Origin: Methanobacterium sp.
GTDB taxonomy: Archaea; Methanobacteriota; Methanobacteria; Methanobacteriales; Methanobacteriaceae
Length of the DNA: 31,693 nt
Assembly: GCA_003166335.1 (NCBI GenBank)
Contig: PMWA01000031.1
Span: 29,399-61,091, forward strand
Direction of reading: 5' to 3'
Positions within the stretch are counted from its first letter, which is position 1. Every line of letters begins with the position of its first letter. Under the pieces are notes generated by a model, which worked only from the letters and a program-made list of their open reading frames with translations, was not told where the DNA came from and did no database searches. The position numbers and the translations under genes are program-made. Positions 17,902 to 29,633 of this stretch are shown here, in pieces.

Positions 17902-19398
17902 ATGTGTGCTATTGTTGGAATAAAAGGGGAAAGCATCTCCAGAGAATTGTATACTATGATGGTCACTCTGAAACATCGAGGACCTGATGGGAGCGGTGTA
18001 TTTGTTGATCAGAGAATTATCCATGATAAATTGGATGATCTTAAAATACCGGAGGGTAACTTTGGTTTAGGTCATAATTTACTCTCTATTGTGGGATGTG
18101 AATCTTCACAACCTCTACGGGAAGATAATATTGTTTTAATTTGTAATGGTGAAATCTATAATTACAGGGAGCTTAAAAAGTATTTAAACATTGAATTTAA
18201 ATCGGATTCGGATTGTGAAGTTATAATACATCTGGTTAAGAATTTTTATCATGATTCGCTTAAGCAGGCTGTATTGGAAACCGTGAAATATTTGGATGGT
18301 GACTATGCCTTTGCAGTGTATGATAGTAAGGATTTAGTAGTGGTGAGGGATCCGGTGGGTGTAAAGCCATTATATTTTGGTGAAAATAAATATAAAAAAT
18401 TTCATGCATTTGCATCTGAACGGAAAGCCTTATGGAATGTGGGTATAGAAGAAGTGGAAACATTACCTCCGGGACATATGCTTTATAATTGGAGAATGTT
18501 TGAGTATGATGGATTAAAAACGATTTTAGATAATAAAAGAGTTTATAAGGTTAATGATATTCATTTAAAGGATAATTTAAATAACTTTAATGATACTTTA
18601 AAGATTCAGTTAAAACATTATTTACTAAAGGCTGTAGAGAAACGGTTGAATGGACTTTCAGAGGTGGGAGTAATGTTCTCTGCGGGTGTGGATAGTACAT
18701 TGTTAGCATATTTATCAAATGAATTAGATGTTGATACCTATCTTTACACGGTGGGTCATAAAGATTCAGTGGATCTTAAATATGCTCGCAAAACAGCAGA
18801 GATTATGGATTTACCATTACATACTAAAACCGTGGATGTGGAGGATGTTAAATATTATCTTCCCTTAGTGTTAAAGAGTATAGAAGAATTTAACATTATG
18901 AAGTTAGGAGTGGGAATGCCGGTTTATATAACTGCGGAGATGGCTTATAAGGATGGTTTAAAGGTTATGCTTTCCGGTCAGGGTGCTGATGAACTTTTCG
19001 CGGGTTATCATCGTTATCTTGAATTTTATAAACAGAAGGGTGAAGAGGCTCAAGCAGACTTAGATGAGGATTTATTGAATCTTTACCAGGTTAATCTCCA
19101 GCGTGATGATGCAGTAGCTATGGCGAGTAGTGTGGAGTTACGAGTGCCCTACTTGGATATGGATGTTATAAATATGGCAATTAATATACCTATGAAGTGT
19201 AAAATAGATAATTATAATGATGTTTTAAGAAAATGCATCTTAAGAAGGGTTGCATTAGAGTGTGGTGTGCCAGAGATTATCGTGTCTCGTCCGAAGAAAG
19301 CAGCGCAATACGGTTCTGGCATCCATAAAATATTAGTTCGTAACATTTTGAAGGATGAATCTTACATGAAAACTCTTAATTCACTTAAATGGATATAA
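17902..19398 (+). CDS. asnB: Asparagine synthase (glutamine-hydrolysing)
   Basis: N-terminal MC nucleophile, HRGPD, NGEIYN, RDPVGVKPLY, FSAGVDS, SGQGADELFAGY, ELRVPYLD. Confidence 0.93.
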   Translation: MCAIVGIKGESISRELYTMMVTLKHRGPDGSGVFVDQRIIHDKLDDLKIPEGNFGLGHNLLSIVGCESSQPLREDNIVLICNGEIYNYRELKKYLNIEFKSDSDCEVIIHLVKNFYHDSLKQAVLETVKYLDGDYAFAVYDSKDLVVVRDPVGVKPLYFGENKYKKFHAFASERKALWNVGIEEVETLPPGHMLYNWRMFEYDGLKTILDNKRVYKVNDIHLKDNLNNFNDTLKIQLKHYLLKAVEKRLNGLSEVGVMFSAGVDSTLLAYLSNELDVDTYLYTVGHKDSVDLKYARKTAEIMDLPLHTKTVDVEDVKYYLPLVLKSIEEFNIMKLGVGMPVYITAEMAYKDGLKVMLSGQGADELFAGYHRYLEFYKQKGEEAQADLDEDLLNLYQVNLQRDDAVAMASSVELRVPYLDMDVINMAINIPMKCKIDNYNDVLRKCILRRVALECGVPEIIVSRPKKAAQYGSGIHKILVRNILKDESYMKTLNSLKWI

Positions 19399-19461
19399 AA
19401 ATATAGATAAAATTAGAACTAATAATATTAAAAAATTTTTGAATGGGGGATTGTAAGACTT

Positions 19462-19677
19462 ATGAAGATTGAGAAGGAAGCGGAATTGATACTTGAAAAG
19501 TTTTCAGAGGCTTTAAAAAATATTCCTGAACTTGAAGAGACTCATTACATGGTGGATAACGTGAATTTAGCACGTGAAGATGTTGGAGTAGATAAAAATC
19601 CTAATAAGATACTTAGAAATGCTCATGTTGATGAAGAAGGTAATGTTATAGTGGAAATAAGTAAATGGGTTAGATAA
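19462..19677 (+). CDS. gatC: Asp-tRNA(Asn) amidotransferase subunit C, archaeal type
   Basis: 71 aa with IEKEAE.IL.KFS..L, EETHY.VD..N..RED, LRNA and a terminal KW. Confidence 0.8.
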   Translation: MKIEKEAELILEKFSEALKNIPELEETHYMVDNVNLAREDVGVDKNPNKILRNAHVDEEGNVIVEISKWVR

Positions 19678-19678
19678 T

Positions 19679-20167
19679 ATGAGGTTAAAACTTGTCCTGG
19701 AATTATTAGATGTGCCGGGTCAGCTTTTGGATGCACTAAACCCTATTGGAAGACTAGGCGCGAACATTGTAGCGGTGATCCATCAAAGGGATGTGAAAAC
19801 TGAAAGGGGAACTATTCCGGTTCAAATAACGATTGAAGGTGATGAAGAAACCTTAAATAAAGTTTTAAAGAAGTTAGAATCTGAAGGGATTCAGATCATC
19901 CGAGTGGATGGAATCCTCCGTAAGGAGAAAATCACTACCATACTCATTGGAAATATTATTGATCAGGATGTTAAGGATACAGTGAATACATTAAACCAGT
20001 TGGAAGGTGTAAGAGTCGCTGATTTAGATTTGAAGATGTCTGATTATCCTGAACACTCAGCATCTAAAATTATAATTGAGGCAGATTATGGCCGTAAAAA
20101 AATGGTTACCAGTAAAATAAAGGAAATAGGGAGTAATAAAGGATTTTTAGTTATAAATGAAGTTTAA
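19679..20167 (+). CDS. ACT-domain amino-acid-binding protein (putative regulatory partner of homoserine dehydrogenase)
   Basis: LELLDVPGQL..AL.PI...GANIVAVIH ACT signature; immediately upstream of hom. Confidence 0.85.
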   Translation: MRLKLVLELLDVPGQLLDALNPIGRLGANIVAVIHQRDVKTERGTIPVQITIEGDEETLNKVLKKLESEGIQIIRVDGILRKEKITTILIGNIIDQDVKDTVNTLNQLEGVRVADLDLKMSDYPEHSASKIIIEADYGRKKMVTSKIKEIGSNKGFLVINEV

Positions 20168-20224
20168 AAAAAATTTATTTTAGGAATAAAAATTTTTTTT
20201 TATTTATGGGGAGGAATTTATTTT

Positions 20225-21247
20225 ATGAGGATATGTATTATTGGCTTTGGATCAGTAGGGCAGGGAGTCGTCCGAGTATTCAATATGAAAAGAAACCGTA
20301 TAAAACAGGATTATAATTTAGATCTTCAATTAGTGGCGGTGGCTGATAGTAAAGGAGCAGTTATATCCGAGGAGGGTATTAATCTTGCATTGCTTCTGGA
20401 GACGAAACTAAATACAGGTAGAGTATCCGATTACCCGGAGTGTGGTGTAAGTGGTTTAACGGGTATGGATTTACTGGATAAGGTTGAATATGATTGTTTA
20501 GTGGAGGTTACTCCCACTAATATAGTTGACGGGGAACCTGCAAGAAGCCACATGTTAAAAGCTATGAATAAGGGAAAAAATGTGGTAACCAGTAATAAAG
20601 GTCCGTTAGCATTAGGATTCACTGAATTAAGGGATACTGCACTGAATAATAATGTAATGTTTAAGTATGAGGCTTCAGTTGGTGGAGCTATGCCGATTAT
20701 AAATTTTGCTCATGAAACTCTCTCCGGCTGTGAAATAAAGTCAATTTACGGTATTTTGAATGGTACCACTAATTATATACTCAGCCGAATGGCTAAAGAA
20801 GGTTCATCATATAACCAAACACTTAACGAAGCTAAAGAGATGGGTATAGCTGAAACAGATCCCACTCAGGATGTAGAAGGAGAGGATGCTGCCTGTAAAG
20901 TGGTGATACTAGCTAACAGTATAATGAATATGAATGTAACTTATAATGATGTTATAGTGAAGGGTATATCACAGATTACACCAGAATCAATACAATTAGC
21001 GAAAAACGAGGGTTACCTTATAAAACTCATAGGAGAAGTTTCACCTGACTCTTTAGAAGTATCACCTCGATTGGTTAGTGAAGGTTCACCATTCGCTGTA
21101 GAGGGCACTTTGAATGTTGCTACTCTCAAAACAGACTTAGCGGATGATGTTACAGTAGTGGGTAAGGGTGCTGGTTCAATTGAAACCGCTTCTGCTATAT
21201 TAAGTGATCTTATAAGCATCTCGAAAGCAATAAAGAATATTAAATAA
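20225..21247 (+). CDS. hom: Homoserine dehydrogenase
   Basis: [63 protein letters not shown]. Confidence 0.96.
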   Translation: MRICIIGFGSVGQGVVRVFNMKRNRIKQDYNLDLQLVAVADSKGAVISEEGINLALLLETKLNTGRVSDYPECGVSGLTGMDLLDKVEYDCLVEVTPTNIVDGEPARSHMLKAMNKGKNVVTSNKGPLALGFTELRDTALNNNVMFKYEASVGGAMPIINFAHETLSGCEIKSIYGILNGTTNYILSRMAKEGSSYNQTLNEAKEMGIAETDPTQDVEGEDAACKVVILANSIMNMNVTYNDVIVKGISQITPESIQLAKNEGYLIKLIGEVSPDSLEVSPRLVSEGSPFAVEGTLNVATLKTDLADDVTVVGKGAGSIETASAILSDLISISKAIKNIK

Positions 21248-21345
21248 AATCTTTTTTTTATGTAAAAACGTTATATGATTATTTTTCATTATGGGATTTA
21301 ATCCCATAAAAATTAAAATAAGTAGTTGGGAGAGTAGTTTAGTTT

Positions 21346-22551
21346 ATGAAGTATGTAGTAGTTATAGGAGATGGTATGGCTGATAATCCCCTAGAGGAGT
21401 TAGAGGGTAAAACACCCTTACAAGCTGCAGAGACTCCTAACATGGATTATATAGCAGCCCATGGTGTAAGTGGATTACTTAAAACTGTACCCTATGGTAT
21501 GGATCCGGGTTCAGATGTGGCTAATCTATCCATAATGGGTTACAATCCTAAAGAATGTTACACTGGCCGTGGACCATTGGAAGCAGCTAGTATAGGTGCT
21601 GATTTTAAAGAAAATGAATTAGCCTTCCGCTGCAATTTCATAACCGCCGAAAAAAACCGCATAGTAGATTTCAATGCTGACCACATTAGTACCGAGGAGG
21701 CATCAGAACTCATAGAAGCTTTAAATCAACATTTTTATCATTGGGGAAAGTTTTATCTCGGAACTAGTTACAGGAACCTATTCATATTCAAAAATAATGA
21801 ATCATCATATCTTAAATCAACACCACCACATGACATTGTGAATAAACCCATATTCGATAACCTTATAAAACCACGAGACTATGAAAAAGCTGTTATACTT
21901 AATAAAATAATGAATGACTCCCAAGAAGTGCTTGAAAATCATCCAATAAATCTTAAAAGAATAGAAAATGGTAAAAAACCTGCTAATATGATTTGGCTAT
22001 GGGGTCAGGGTGGTAAGCCGCGTATGACTCCATTCAAAGAAAAATATGGTCTCAAAGGAGCCACCATCACCGGAGTGGATCTCATAAAAGGAATAGGATT
22101 TTATTTAGGATTCACCAATATACAAGTTCCAGGCGCTACCGGTTACTATGACACTAATTACTGTGGAAAAGCTAAATATGCTCTTAAAGCATTAGAAGAG
22201 CATGACATTATATTTATTCATGTAGAAGCTCCTGATGAAGCTGGCCATGCAGGAGACCTCACTGAAAAAATAAATGCTATAGAACGAATTGACCACAGAG
22301 TTCTAGAGAAACTCTTAAATAATTTATCAGAGTTTAAAGATTACTCTATTTCTATTCTACCTGATCATCCCACACCAATACTAATTAAAACACATACATG
22401 TGATCCTATACCTTACGCTATGCACTCAACACGGGGTAAATGGGATGAAGTGGAATTTTATGATGAATATTCTGCAAAGAATGGCTCACAAGGTTTAATG
22501 GATGGGTATAGATTCATAGAGAATTATATTACTTACTCTAAGATAATATAA
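21346..22551 (+). CDS. apgM: Cofactor-independent phosphoglycerate mutase family protein (ApgM)
   Basis: [54 protein letters not shown]. Confidence 0.9.
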   Translation: MKYVVVIGDGMADNPLEELEGKTPLQAAETPNMDYIAAHGVSGLLKTVPYGMDPGSDVANLSIMGYNPKECYTGRGPLEAASIGADFKENELAFRCNFITAEKNRIVDFNADHISTEEASELIEALNQHFYHWGKFYLGTSYRNLFIFKNNESSYLKSTPPHDIVNKPIFDNLIKPRDYEKAVILNKIMNDSQEVLENHPINLKRIENGKKPANMIWLWGQGGKPRMTPFKEKYGLKGATITGVDLIKGIGFYLGFTNIQVPGATGYYDTNYCGKAKYALKALEEHDIIFIHVEAPDEAGHAGDLTEKINAIERIDHRVLEKLLNNLSEFKDYSISILPDHPTPILIKTHTCDPIPYAMHSTRGKWDEVEFYDEYSAKNGSQGLMDGYRFIENYITYSKII

Positions 22552-22706
22552 AGTTTTTATTATAAGTTTCTAATTCATAAAAGAAAGAGTTTTAATATAA
22601 AAGGTTTTACATTAATATTCATTAAAGATTAAAAAAAAATGAGGTTTAATAAAAAAAATTATTTATGTATTCCATTCGGGGAACCTAAATTTTTTTTAGG
22701 AGTTGA

Positions 22707-24311
22707 TTGATCTTGTCAAAATATATAGTAGTTACTGGTGGTGTAGTAAGTTCTATTGGAAAAGGAATAACAGCTGCATCTATTGGAAGGATTTTAAGGA
22801 GTTATGGTGTGGATGTTACAGCTATAAAGATTGATCCCTACCTGAACTGGGATTCCGGGACGCTTAACCCTTATCAACATGGAGAAGTTTTCGTAACCGA
22901 GGATGGTATGGAAACTGATTTGGATTTAGGTCATTACGAAAGATTCCTAAATGTTAACCTCAGTGGTGAATCCAATATAACTACGGGTAAAGTTTACTCA
23001 TCAGTTATAAATAAGGAACGTAAAGGTGATTATCTTGGAAGCTGTGTGCAGATAATTCCACACATCACTGACGAAATAAAATCTATGATCAGGGAGATTT
23101 CAAACAAAACCCAGGCTGAAGTAGTCTTAGTAGAGGTGGGTGGAACTGTAGGTGACATTGAAAGCCAACCCTTCCTAGAAGCTCTCAGACAGCTTCGTAA
23201 CGAGGAGGGTCATGATAATGTAATGTTCGTTCATGTGACTTATGTGCCATATTTAAGGGCAGCTGGGGAGTTTAAAACTAAACCTACCCAACACAGCACT
23301 AAAGAACTTAGAAGCACGGGTATAAATCCTGATATGATAATTTGCCGAAGTGAACTCCCCATTGATAGTCATTTAAAAGATAAAATAGCTCACTTCTGTG
23401 ATGTGGAGAGGAAAGCGGTTATAAACGCTCCTGATGTTCACTCCATATATGAAGTACCTATAATACTGAATCGGGAGAATATGGGTGATTATATATTAAA
23501 CCGGCTTAAAATGGAGGCTCATAAACCCGACCTCTACGAATGGAGTCAGATAGTGGAATCATTGAAATTAGACGGGACACGAGTTAAGATTGGTATAATA
23601 GGTAAATACGTGGAGTTAGAGGATGCTTATATCAGTATAAGAGAAGCTTTAAAGCATGCTGCCGCGGAATTAGGTGCTAAAGTAGATATTGAATGGATAC
23701 GCGCAGAAGATACTTTAAATATGGAGAAAATTCGCAAATTCAATGCATTACTAATACCTGGTGGTTTTGGTGAGCGTGGTATTACTGGTAAACTAGATGC
23801 AGTTCGATACTCTATTGAAGAGGAGATACCACTATTTGGAATATGTTTAGGTATGCAGTGTATGGTTATTGAATATGCTCGATTGCATGGTTGGGAGGAT
23901 GCTAATAGCACGGAATTTGAAAGTAACGCTAAACATCCAGTTATTGATATTATGTTGGAGCAGGAGAATATTGAGAATATGGGTGGTACTATGAGATTAG
24001 GTGCTTATCCTTGTAAAATAAAGGAGGATACCATTGCTTACGAGGCTTATAAAGAAGATTTAGTGAATGAACGGCATAGGCATCGGTTTGAATTTAATAA
24101 TGAATACAGAAAGAGTCTTGAGGATGAGGGTTTAGTGATCTCTGGGGTGTCGCCGGATAATGTTTTAGTGGAGATGGTGGAAATTAAGGATCATCCTTGG
24201 TTTTTAGGATGCCAATTCCATCCTGAATTCAAATCCAGACCCAATAATGCTCATCCTATCTTCGTATCCTTCGTTAAGGCGGCTATTGATAACAAGAGGA
24301 AATTAGTTTAA
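22707..24311 (+). CDS. pyrG: CTP synthase
   Basis: [58 protein letters not shown]. Start TTG 22707 or 22713. Confidence 0.98.
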   Translation: MILSKYIVVTGGVVSSIGKGITAASIGRILRSYGVDVTAIKIDPYLNWDSGTLNPYQHGEVFVTEDGMETDLDLGHYERFLNVNLSGESNITTGKVYSSVINKERKGDYLGSCVQIIPHITDEIKSMIREISNKTQAEVVLVEVGGTVGDIESQPFLEALRQLRNEEGHDNVMFVHVTYVPYLRAAGEFKTKPTQHSTKELRSTGINPDMIICRSELPIDSHLKDKIAHFCDVERKAVINAPDVHSIYEVPIILNRENMGDYILNRLKMEAHKPDLYEWSQIVESLKLDGTRVKIGIIGKYVELEDAYISIREALKHAAAELGAKVDIEWIRAEDTLNMEKIRKFNALLIPGGFGERGITGKLDAVRYSIEEEIPLFGICLGMQCMVIEYARLHGWEDANSTEFESNAKHPVIDIMLEQENIENMGGTMRLGAYPCKIKEDTIAYEAYKEDLVNERHRHRFEFNNEYRKSLEDEGLVISGVSPDNVLVEMVEIKDHPWFLGCQFHPEFKSRPNNAHPIFVSFVKAAIDNKRKLV

Positions 24312-24410
24312 TTTATTTCAATTATAAATCATTATAATTTATATATTATCCATAAATTCAACCATTATATTATATAATGGTTTAAAGAATGAATGGAGGT
24401 TTCATTTCAA

Positions 24411-25571
24411 ATGATTATTAGTATACCATTGATAGCTATAATTATAGCTGTAGTTGCATGTATTTATGCAAGTTACTCCGATCTCCGATGGGGTGTAATC
24501 CCTAATAAACTCACTTTTCCATTAATTGGTGTAGGAATATTATTAAATGGAATTTACTACATAACGCTAGGCAACCTCTTACTTCTACTGGGAACACTCA
24601 TCATCACATTTGTGGTCTTTATTTTTGGTTACATACTTTGGAAAATGGGTGCCTGGGCTGGAGGGGATGTTAAACTATTCACAGCACTTGCCGCGCTCAT
24701 ACCATTCTACCCAGCATTACTGAATTACCATCTTTTCAACATCAACTTCCCCATCACCGCCAGTTATCCATTCCCCTTAACCCTAATAATCAACAGTATA
24801 CTCGCCATGCTACCATTCCTTCTAATCTACGTATCATTTATAGTAATTAAAAATAAACCTCACTTAATAAGTAAATTATTATCACCAATAAAGGATTACC
24901 GGAATAATTTTGTTTTAACATTAATTATAACTTCATCAGTTACTTTAACCATCTTTATAACACCCCATTTACCATTACAGATAATATTAGTATCATTAAT
25001 ACTGATTTATCTACTCTCACTCTTAATTTCAAAACTTCCCAATCAGGTGAAAGCAGTATTAATATCCTTAGTCACCGTCTTTGCTTTAATCCAAAACTTC
25101 AAGGTAACCATCCTAGGCATAACTGTATTATTTATTAGTCTCACAGCCTTTGGAGTAATTAGAGTATTATTAACAAGCGTAAGTAGGGAAGCTCTCCAAG
25201 ATGAATACACTATAAATGAACTTAAAGAAGGCATGATACCCGCCTATAATCTCTACGAGAAAAATGGAGAAGTTTATGTGGATGATAAAAGATTCACAGA
25301 GAAATTCAAAAATAGTGTAAAAACTGGAGATCTCACCCATATGAATAACACAAATGGTAAAATATTAATATATAACCGCGCCGCCGGTTTAAACCAAGAA
25401 GATATAACTCTTCTGAAAAAATTACACAGTGAAGGCAGGATAAAAGACAGTTACCGAGTTAAAAAAGGAGTGCCTTTCGCACCTTCCATATTTATTGGAC
25501 TTTTAATATCACTCTTCATCGGGGATTTAGCCTTCATACTATTGAAAATTCTAAACACGTTCTTATACTAA
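24411..25571 (+). CDS. eppA: A24-family prepilin peptidase, EppA-like
   Basis: SYSDL...IPN and GGDVK catalytic aspartates, many transmembrane helices, C-terminal VPFAP; adjacent pilin. Start placed at ATG 24411 after GGAGGT (ORF open from 24393). Confidence 0.85.
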   Translation: MIISIPLIAIIIAVVACIYASYSDLRWGVIPNKLTFPLIGVGILLNGIYYITLGNLLLLLGTLIITFVVFIFGYILWKMGAWAGGDVKLFTALAALIPFYPALLNYHLFNINFPITASYPFPLTLIINSILAMLPFLLIYVSFIVIKNKPHLISKLLSPIKDYRNNFVLTLIITSSVTLTIFITPHLPLQIILVSLILIYLLSLLISKLPNQVKAVLISLVTVFALIQNFKVTILGITVLFISLTAFGVIRVLLTSVSREALQDEYTINELKEGMIPAYNLYEKNGEVYVDDKRFTEKFKNSVKTGDLTHMNNTNGKILIYNRAAGLNQEDITLLKKLHSEGRIKDSYRVKKGVPFAPSIFIGLLISLFIGDLAFILLKILNTFLY

Positions 25572-25620
25572 AAATATTTATATATCAACAATTAATATCA
25601 AAATATAATAGTAGAGGTGG

Positions 25621-26082
25621 GTGAAATTGGATAGTAAAGGACAAGTTTCAGCGGAATACTTATTCTTAATATTAATATTCCTAATAATCCTTTCCACAGT
25701 AACTGTACCAATGGCCGCTAATTCTATAACCGCTAGTCAACAAGTTTCAGTAACTAGTGATTCAGAAACAGCCGTATCCACCATAGCTAATGCAGTTAAT
25801 TTAGTATACGCGAATGGGCCCAGCTCAGAGAGAACAGTTAACGTTTATATTCCTCAAAGCACTACTTTGACTTATGATAATATTAATAATCAACTGGACT
25901 TGAATCTTACTGGTGTTAGTTATACTAATGGTACCCAAAAAGCCACAGTAAATGCATCGGTACCAACTAATATTCCAATCACAATCAATGGTAATGGTTC
26001 TATAAGCAATGCCAATACTAAATGGCATACTTTCACGATTACCTGGCCCGTGGGAAGTACTATTACCATTAATATAAATTAA
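25621..26082 (+). CDS. Class III signal peptide (type IV pilin-like) protein
   Basis: SKG/QVSAE with +5 Glu and a hydrophobic helix; IANAVNLVYANGP; many N-x-S/T sequons. Confidence 0.88.
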   Translation: MKLDSKGQVSAEYLFLILIFLIILSTVTVPMAANSITASQQVSVTSDSETAVSTIANAVNLVYANGPSSERTVNVYIPQSTTLTYDNINNQLDLNLTGVSYTNGTQKATVNASVPTNIPITINGNGSISNANTKWHTFTITWPVGSTITININ

Positions 26083-26155
26083 ACATTTATAAAATATTCA
26101 AAATTTACATTCATCAAAATTAATAATTATAATCGTTCAGGGAGAATACCTAATA

Positions 26156-27022
26156 ATGAATATATTTGCTAAATTCGGTGAATTAATCCTCAAATTAATC
26201 GATATTATAGGCATGCTTATCCTAGCAATCCCTAAGATTCCACAGTTAATAATGAATATCAACACTGATGAAATCAAGGATAAAATGGATTCAGAAGAGA
26301 TTAAAGAGAATGTATCCAAGATAACTAATAACATAAATATCTCGGGATTTAAAGAAGCTTACAATAATCAAAAACAGGCAGTTCAATCCACCAATAAAAG
26401 AGAAGATTCAAATCCAGTTTATATATCTGGAAACTTCACTTCCGAGGAAAAAGAGAGTACAGTACTTCATCTTCAAATAGCAGGCGCAGGTTTCCTAGTA
26501 TTTTCTATTCTTGAAATATTCAATTTCCTATCATTAACTTTATTCATTATATTAGGTGGTTTAACCACAGCTTTCATCATATATGTACTATTCACTAAGG
26601 TTAAACTCATGTACCAAGAGGATTTCAATGCTTACCGGGATTTCTTCTTAATGTACCTGGCGGTGGGTATAATCTTAATCATAGTTAGTGGTAATCCTAG
26701 TTTAACAATGGCTTTCACATATCAATTCTTCCCATCTCTATCAGTGCTTATCTACGCGGTAATAGCTGTAGTGGCTGTTTTCCTAATATTCAGGATTAGA
26801 TACTCCCGTAAATTCACCTATGGGATTGTTATGGAGACTGGTAAAAACATAGCTCATGTTAAAATAGAATATGATATTAGATCCAACGTTAAACCAGACC
26901 TCTATCTTGTCGAGAATAATCAGGGAGCAGTAGATGGTGACATGGTAAAAGTTAAAGTAGAGGAAAAACTTTTAAATACTCAGGGTAATAAGCCAATAGA
27001 AATCATTGAAGTTTTAAAATAA
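26156..27022 (+). CDS. Membrane protein, DUF2101-like
   Basis: Four hydrophobic helices and a C-terminal Y.R..TYG.V...YDIRSNVKPD.Y.VE pattern; pilus-locus context. Confidence 0.65.
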   Translation: MNIFAKFGELILKLIDIIGMLILAIPKIPQLIMNINTDEIKDKMDSEEIKENVSKITNNINISGFKEAYNNQKQAVQSTNKREDSNPVYISGNFTSEEKESTVLHLQIAGAGFLVFSILEIFNFLSLTLFIILGGLTTAFIIYVLFTKVKLMYQEDFNAYRDFFLMYLAVGIILIIVSGNPSLTMAFTYQFFPSLSVLIYAVIAVVAVFLIFRIRYSRKFTYGIVMETGKNIAHVKIEYDIRSNVKPDLYLVENNQGAVDGDMVKVKVEEKLLNTQGNKPIEIIEVLK

Positions 27023-27148
27023 AAAAATAATAAATTTGAACTTATAAATATTTTTTTTTAATTTTTAGTATAAATAATAAAGATTAATTTTTTTTTTAAT
27101 TATTAAATAAGTAAAAAATAAATTTTGATTTAAAGGATTGATTTAATA

Positions 27149-27898
27149 ATGGTATTACCTAGTCATCCCCGGTATGAATCGCTCATGCTACGAGCTAAGA
27201 TGGTGGAAGCATATAAAAATGGAATCCTATCAGACTCTGGATTAATAGCTCATGGTAGAGGAGAAGCCTTCGATTATCTTATAGGAGAAAAAACATCACT
27301 TAACGCAGGTAAAGCTACTCAAGCAGCAGCAGCAGCTTTAATACTCGCGGAATATCCTGTAATATCCGTTAATGGTAATACAGCAGCTCTTGCAGCACAT
27401 GAAATAGTGGAATTAAACAAGAGATTGAATGCTAAATTAGAAATAAATCTATTCTATAGTACACCAGAAAGAATAAAAAATATAAGAAAGGTTCTAGAAG
27501 AGGCTGGTGCATTGGAAGTTTTAGGATTAGAAGAAGAAACAGTAAGTATAACAGGATTAAAAGGTCCCAGATCCGAGAGTAGTAAAATAGGAGTGCATCA
27601 ATCAGATGTAGTTTTAGTTCCATTAGAGGATGGTGACAGAGCAGAAGCATTAATATCAAATGGAAAATTTGTTATAACTATAGATTTAAATCCATTATCT
27701 CGAACCTCTCAAAAAGCATCTATAACCATAATAGATAATCTAGTGAGAGCCATTCCACATTTAATAATAGAAGTGGATAAACTTAAAAAAATGAGTAAAA
27801 TTGAACTTAGGAGTATAGTTAATAGTTTTGATAACCAGTTGAATTTGCAGGATTCTATGGAATTAATAGTTCAAAACTTAATAACTAAAGAGGATTAA
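27149..27898 (+). CDS. 4-phosphopantoate--beta-alanine ligase (archaeal phosphopantothenate synthetase)
   Basis: SHPRYESL, GLIAHGRGEAFDYLIGE.T, SVNGN, VLVPLEDGDR, IDLNPLSRT. Confidence 0.93.
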   Translation: MVLPSHPRYESLMLRAKMVEAYKNGILSDSGLIAHGRGEAFDYLIGEKTSLNAGKATQAAAAALILAEYPVISVNGNTAALAAHEIVELNKRLNAKLEINLFYSTPERIKNIRKVLEEAGALEVLGLEEETVSITGLKGPRSESSKIGVHQSDVVLVPLEDGDRAEALISNGKFVITIDLNPLSRTSQKASITIIDNLVRAIPHLIIEVDKLKKMSKIELRSIVNSFDNQLNLQDSMELIVQNLITKED

Positions 27899-27921
27899 AA
27901 AAAAACTATAAACTGATTAAT

Positions 27922-28464
27922 ATGAAGGTTATTGGAGTAACAGGGATGCCAGGCTCTGGTAAAGGAGTAGCTTCAGGAGTAGCTCGGAGTTTGGGTTTTA
28001 AACTGATTAGGATGGGTGACGTTATCCGGGAGGAATCAGAGATTAGAAATGCTGATATAGGGGAGACCGCGGTTAAATTACGACAAGAGTATGGAGAATT
28101 TGTAGTGGCCGAGCGATGCGTCGAGAAAATAAAAAATTCTCGAAATAATAGTGATTTATACATGATTGAGGGTATTAGAAGCCCATATGAAGTGGAGATA
28201 TTTAAAGAGAATTTTCCTAACTTCAAGGTTATAACAGTACACTCCACACCTCATACTCGTTTTAACAGATTAAGAAAAAGAATGCGATTAGATGATTCTG
28301 CAGAAAAATCTGAATTCCTTAAAAGAGATAAACGTGAATTAAATTTTGGAATAGGCGATGTGATAGCCACCAGTGATTATATAATAGTCAATGAAGGGGC
28401 AATAAAAAAATTTAAGAGTATTGTAAGGAGTATACTACAGAATGAAATACAAAATGAAAGCTAA
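27922..28464 (+). CDS. UPF0200 P-loop kinase (dephospho-CoA kinase-like)
   Basis: GMPGSGKG, MGDVIREE, EGIRS..EV, RD.REL..G.G.VIA..D. Confidence 0.85.
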   Translation: MKVIGVTGMPGSGKGVASGVARSLGFKLIRMGDVIREESEIRNADIGETAVKLRQEYGEFVVAERCVEKIKNSRNNSDLYMIEGIRSPYEVEIFKENFPNFKVITVHSTPHTRFNRLRKRMRLDDSAEKSEFLKRDKRELNFGIGDVIATSDYIIVNEGAIKKFKSIVRSILQNEIQNES

Positions 28465-28822
28465 AGTCCTTATAAATCCTACTGAAGACTTAGATAAAGT
28501 ATTACAATCATTATCCAATATTTTAGATTATGATGAATTAGAAATTGATGATGATTACATTATAGTCACAGGCGAAGAAGAGTCTCTTTTAAGATTAAGG
28601 GAATCCCTGGAGAAAAGAAGGATCCGGAATACTGCCCGTAAAATAATGTTGAAAGGACTACAGGATCATGTTATATTCTTCAAATTAAGTAAACAAGCCG
28701 CCTATGCCGGATTAGTTAATATGATAGGAGAGGATTTATCCGCATTAGGTGAGATAAATGTTATAATAGAAACAGATGATGTGGATGCTTTCTTGGATTG
28801 GATTGCACCACAAATAAAATGA
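28442..28822 (+). CDS. UPF0201/DUF54 putative RNA-binding protein
   Basis: PTED..KV, IR.TAR, L.KQAA..G, LG.I.V, WIAP. Confidence 0.85.
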   Translation: MKYKMKAKVLINPTEDLDKVLQSLSNILDYDELEIDDDYIIVTGEEESLLRLRESLEKRRIRNTARKIMLKGLQDHVIFFKLSKQAAYAGLVNMIGEDLSALGEINVIIETDDVDAFLDWIAPQIK

Positions 28823-28831
28823 AGTTTTTTT

Positions 28832-29512
28832 TTATTTATCAGCTAACACTGCTTTTTTAATATTGTAATGTCCACTGTCTCTTTGCCAAATATTTTCGGC
28901 TTCAATTATATTTATTCTTTTCTGGAATAAGGGGCAGTCTAATACTAATGTTTCAGCTTCCCCTCCTTCAAATGCTAGATGCACACCGTATTTATCATTT
29001 AACTTTAGGAGATCATCTAATAATTCTTTATTTATTCGTCTTCCCAGCCATGATTCATCTAATCCCTCTGCTGAGACACTGACTATTATTACTTCAAAAT
29101 TATATTTTATAAGTTCCTCCATGTACTCCTGGGGGTCACGGTGCCAGAGAGGTGCGCAGGATTTTAGTGAGAGACTATTACAAAGTTTATCTATACGGGA
29201 TTTCTGATATTGGGAAGCTAAAGCACCAGTGAATATGGCTTCCACCCCATCATCCTTCAAATCACTTAAAACCAATCTTAAATCTTCTAATTCCTTCTCC
29301 TTTTCACCCTTAGTATTGGCTTTAATTAAGGGTATATTCATAGCTTGAGCTGATAGTTCTGTGATGTGAATGTTACTGGAGTGATACATGTAGGATTCTG
29401 AATTCTCAGATATCATAGATACCAAATATTTGATTCTCCAGCCTTGTTCCAGGGCTTTGTAGATGGATATGGTACTGTCTTTCCCTCCAGAGTAAAGAAC
29501 TGCTGCTATCAA
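28832..29512 (-). CDS. Diphthine--ammonia ligase (Dph6 family)
   Basis: LYSGGKDS, SYMYH, GALASQYQ..R, PLW, EGGEAETLVLD.P.F. TTG 29512 chosen as start because GAGGTG at 29522-29527 looks like the RBS. Confidence 0.88.
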   Translation of the reverse strand: MIAAVLYSGGKDSTISIYKALEQGWRIKYLVSMISENSESYMYHSSNIHITELSAQAMNIPLIKANTKGEKEKELEDLRLVLSDLKDDGVEAIFTGALASQYQKSRIDKLCNSLSLKSCAPLWHRDPQEYMEELIKYNFEVIIVSVSAEGLDESWLGRRINKELLDDLLKLNDKYGVHLAFEGGEAETLVLDCPLFQKRINIIEAENIWQRDSGHYNIKKAVLADK

Positions 29513-29633
29513 ATTTTTTTGCACCTCAAAAAAAAATTCTATAATAAAATTTTATTTTCAGTATTCTCTTCTCATACTTTAAGAAAAAAAATAATATAAT
29601 ATATTTTAAATGGAATTCGGTAAACAAATTTTT

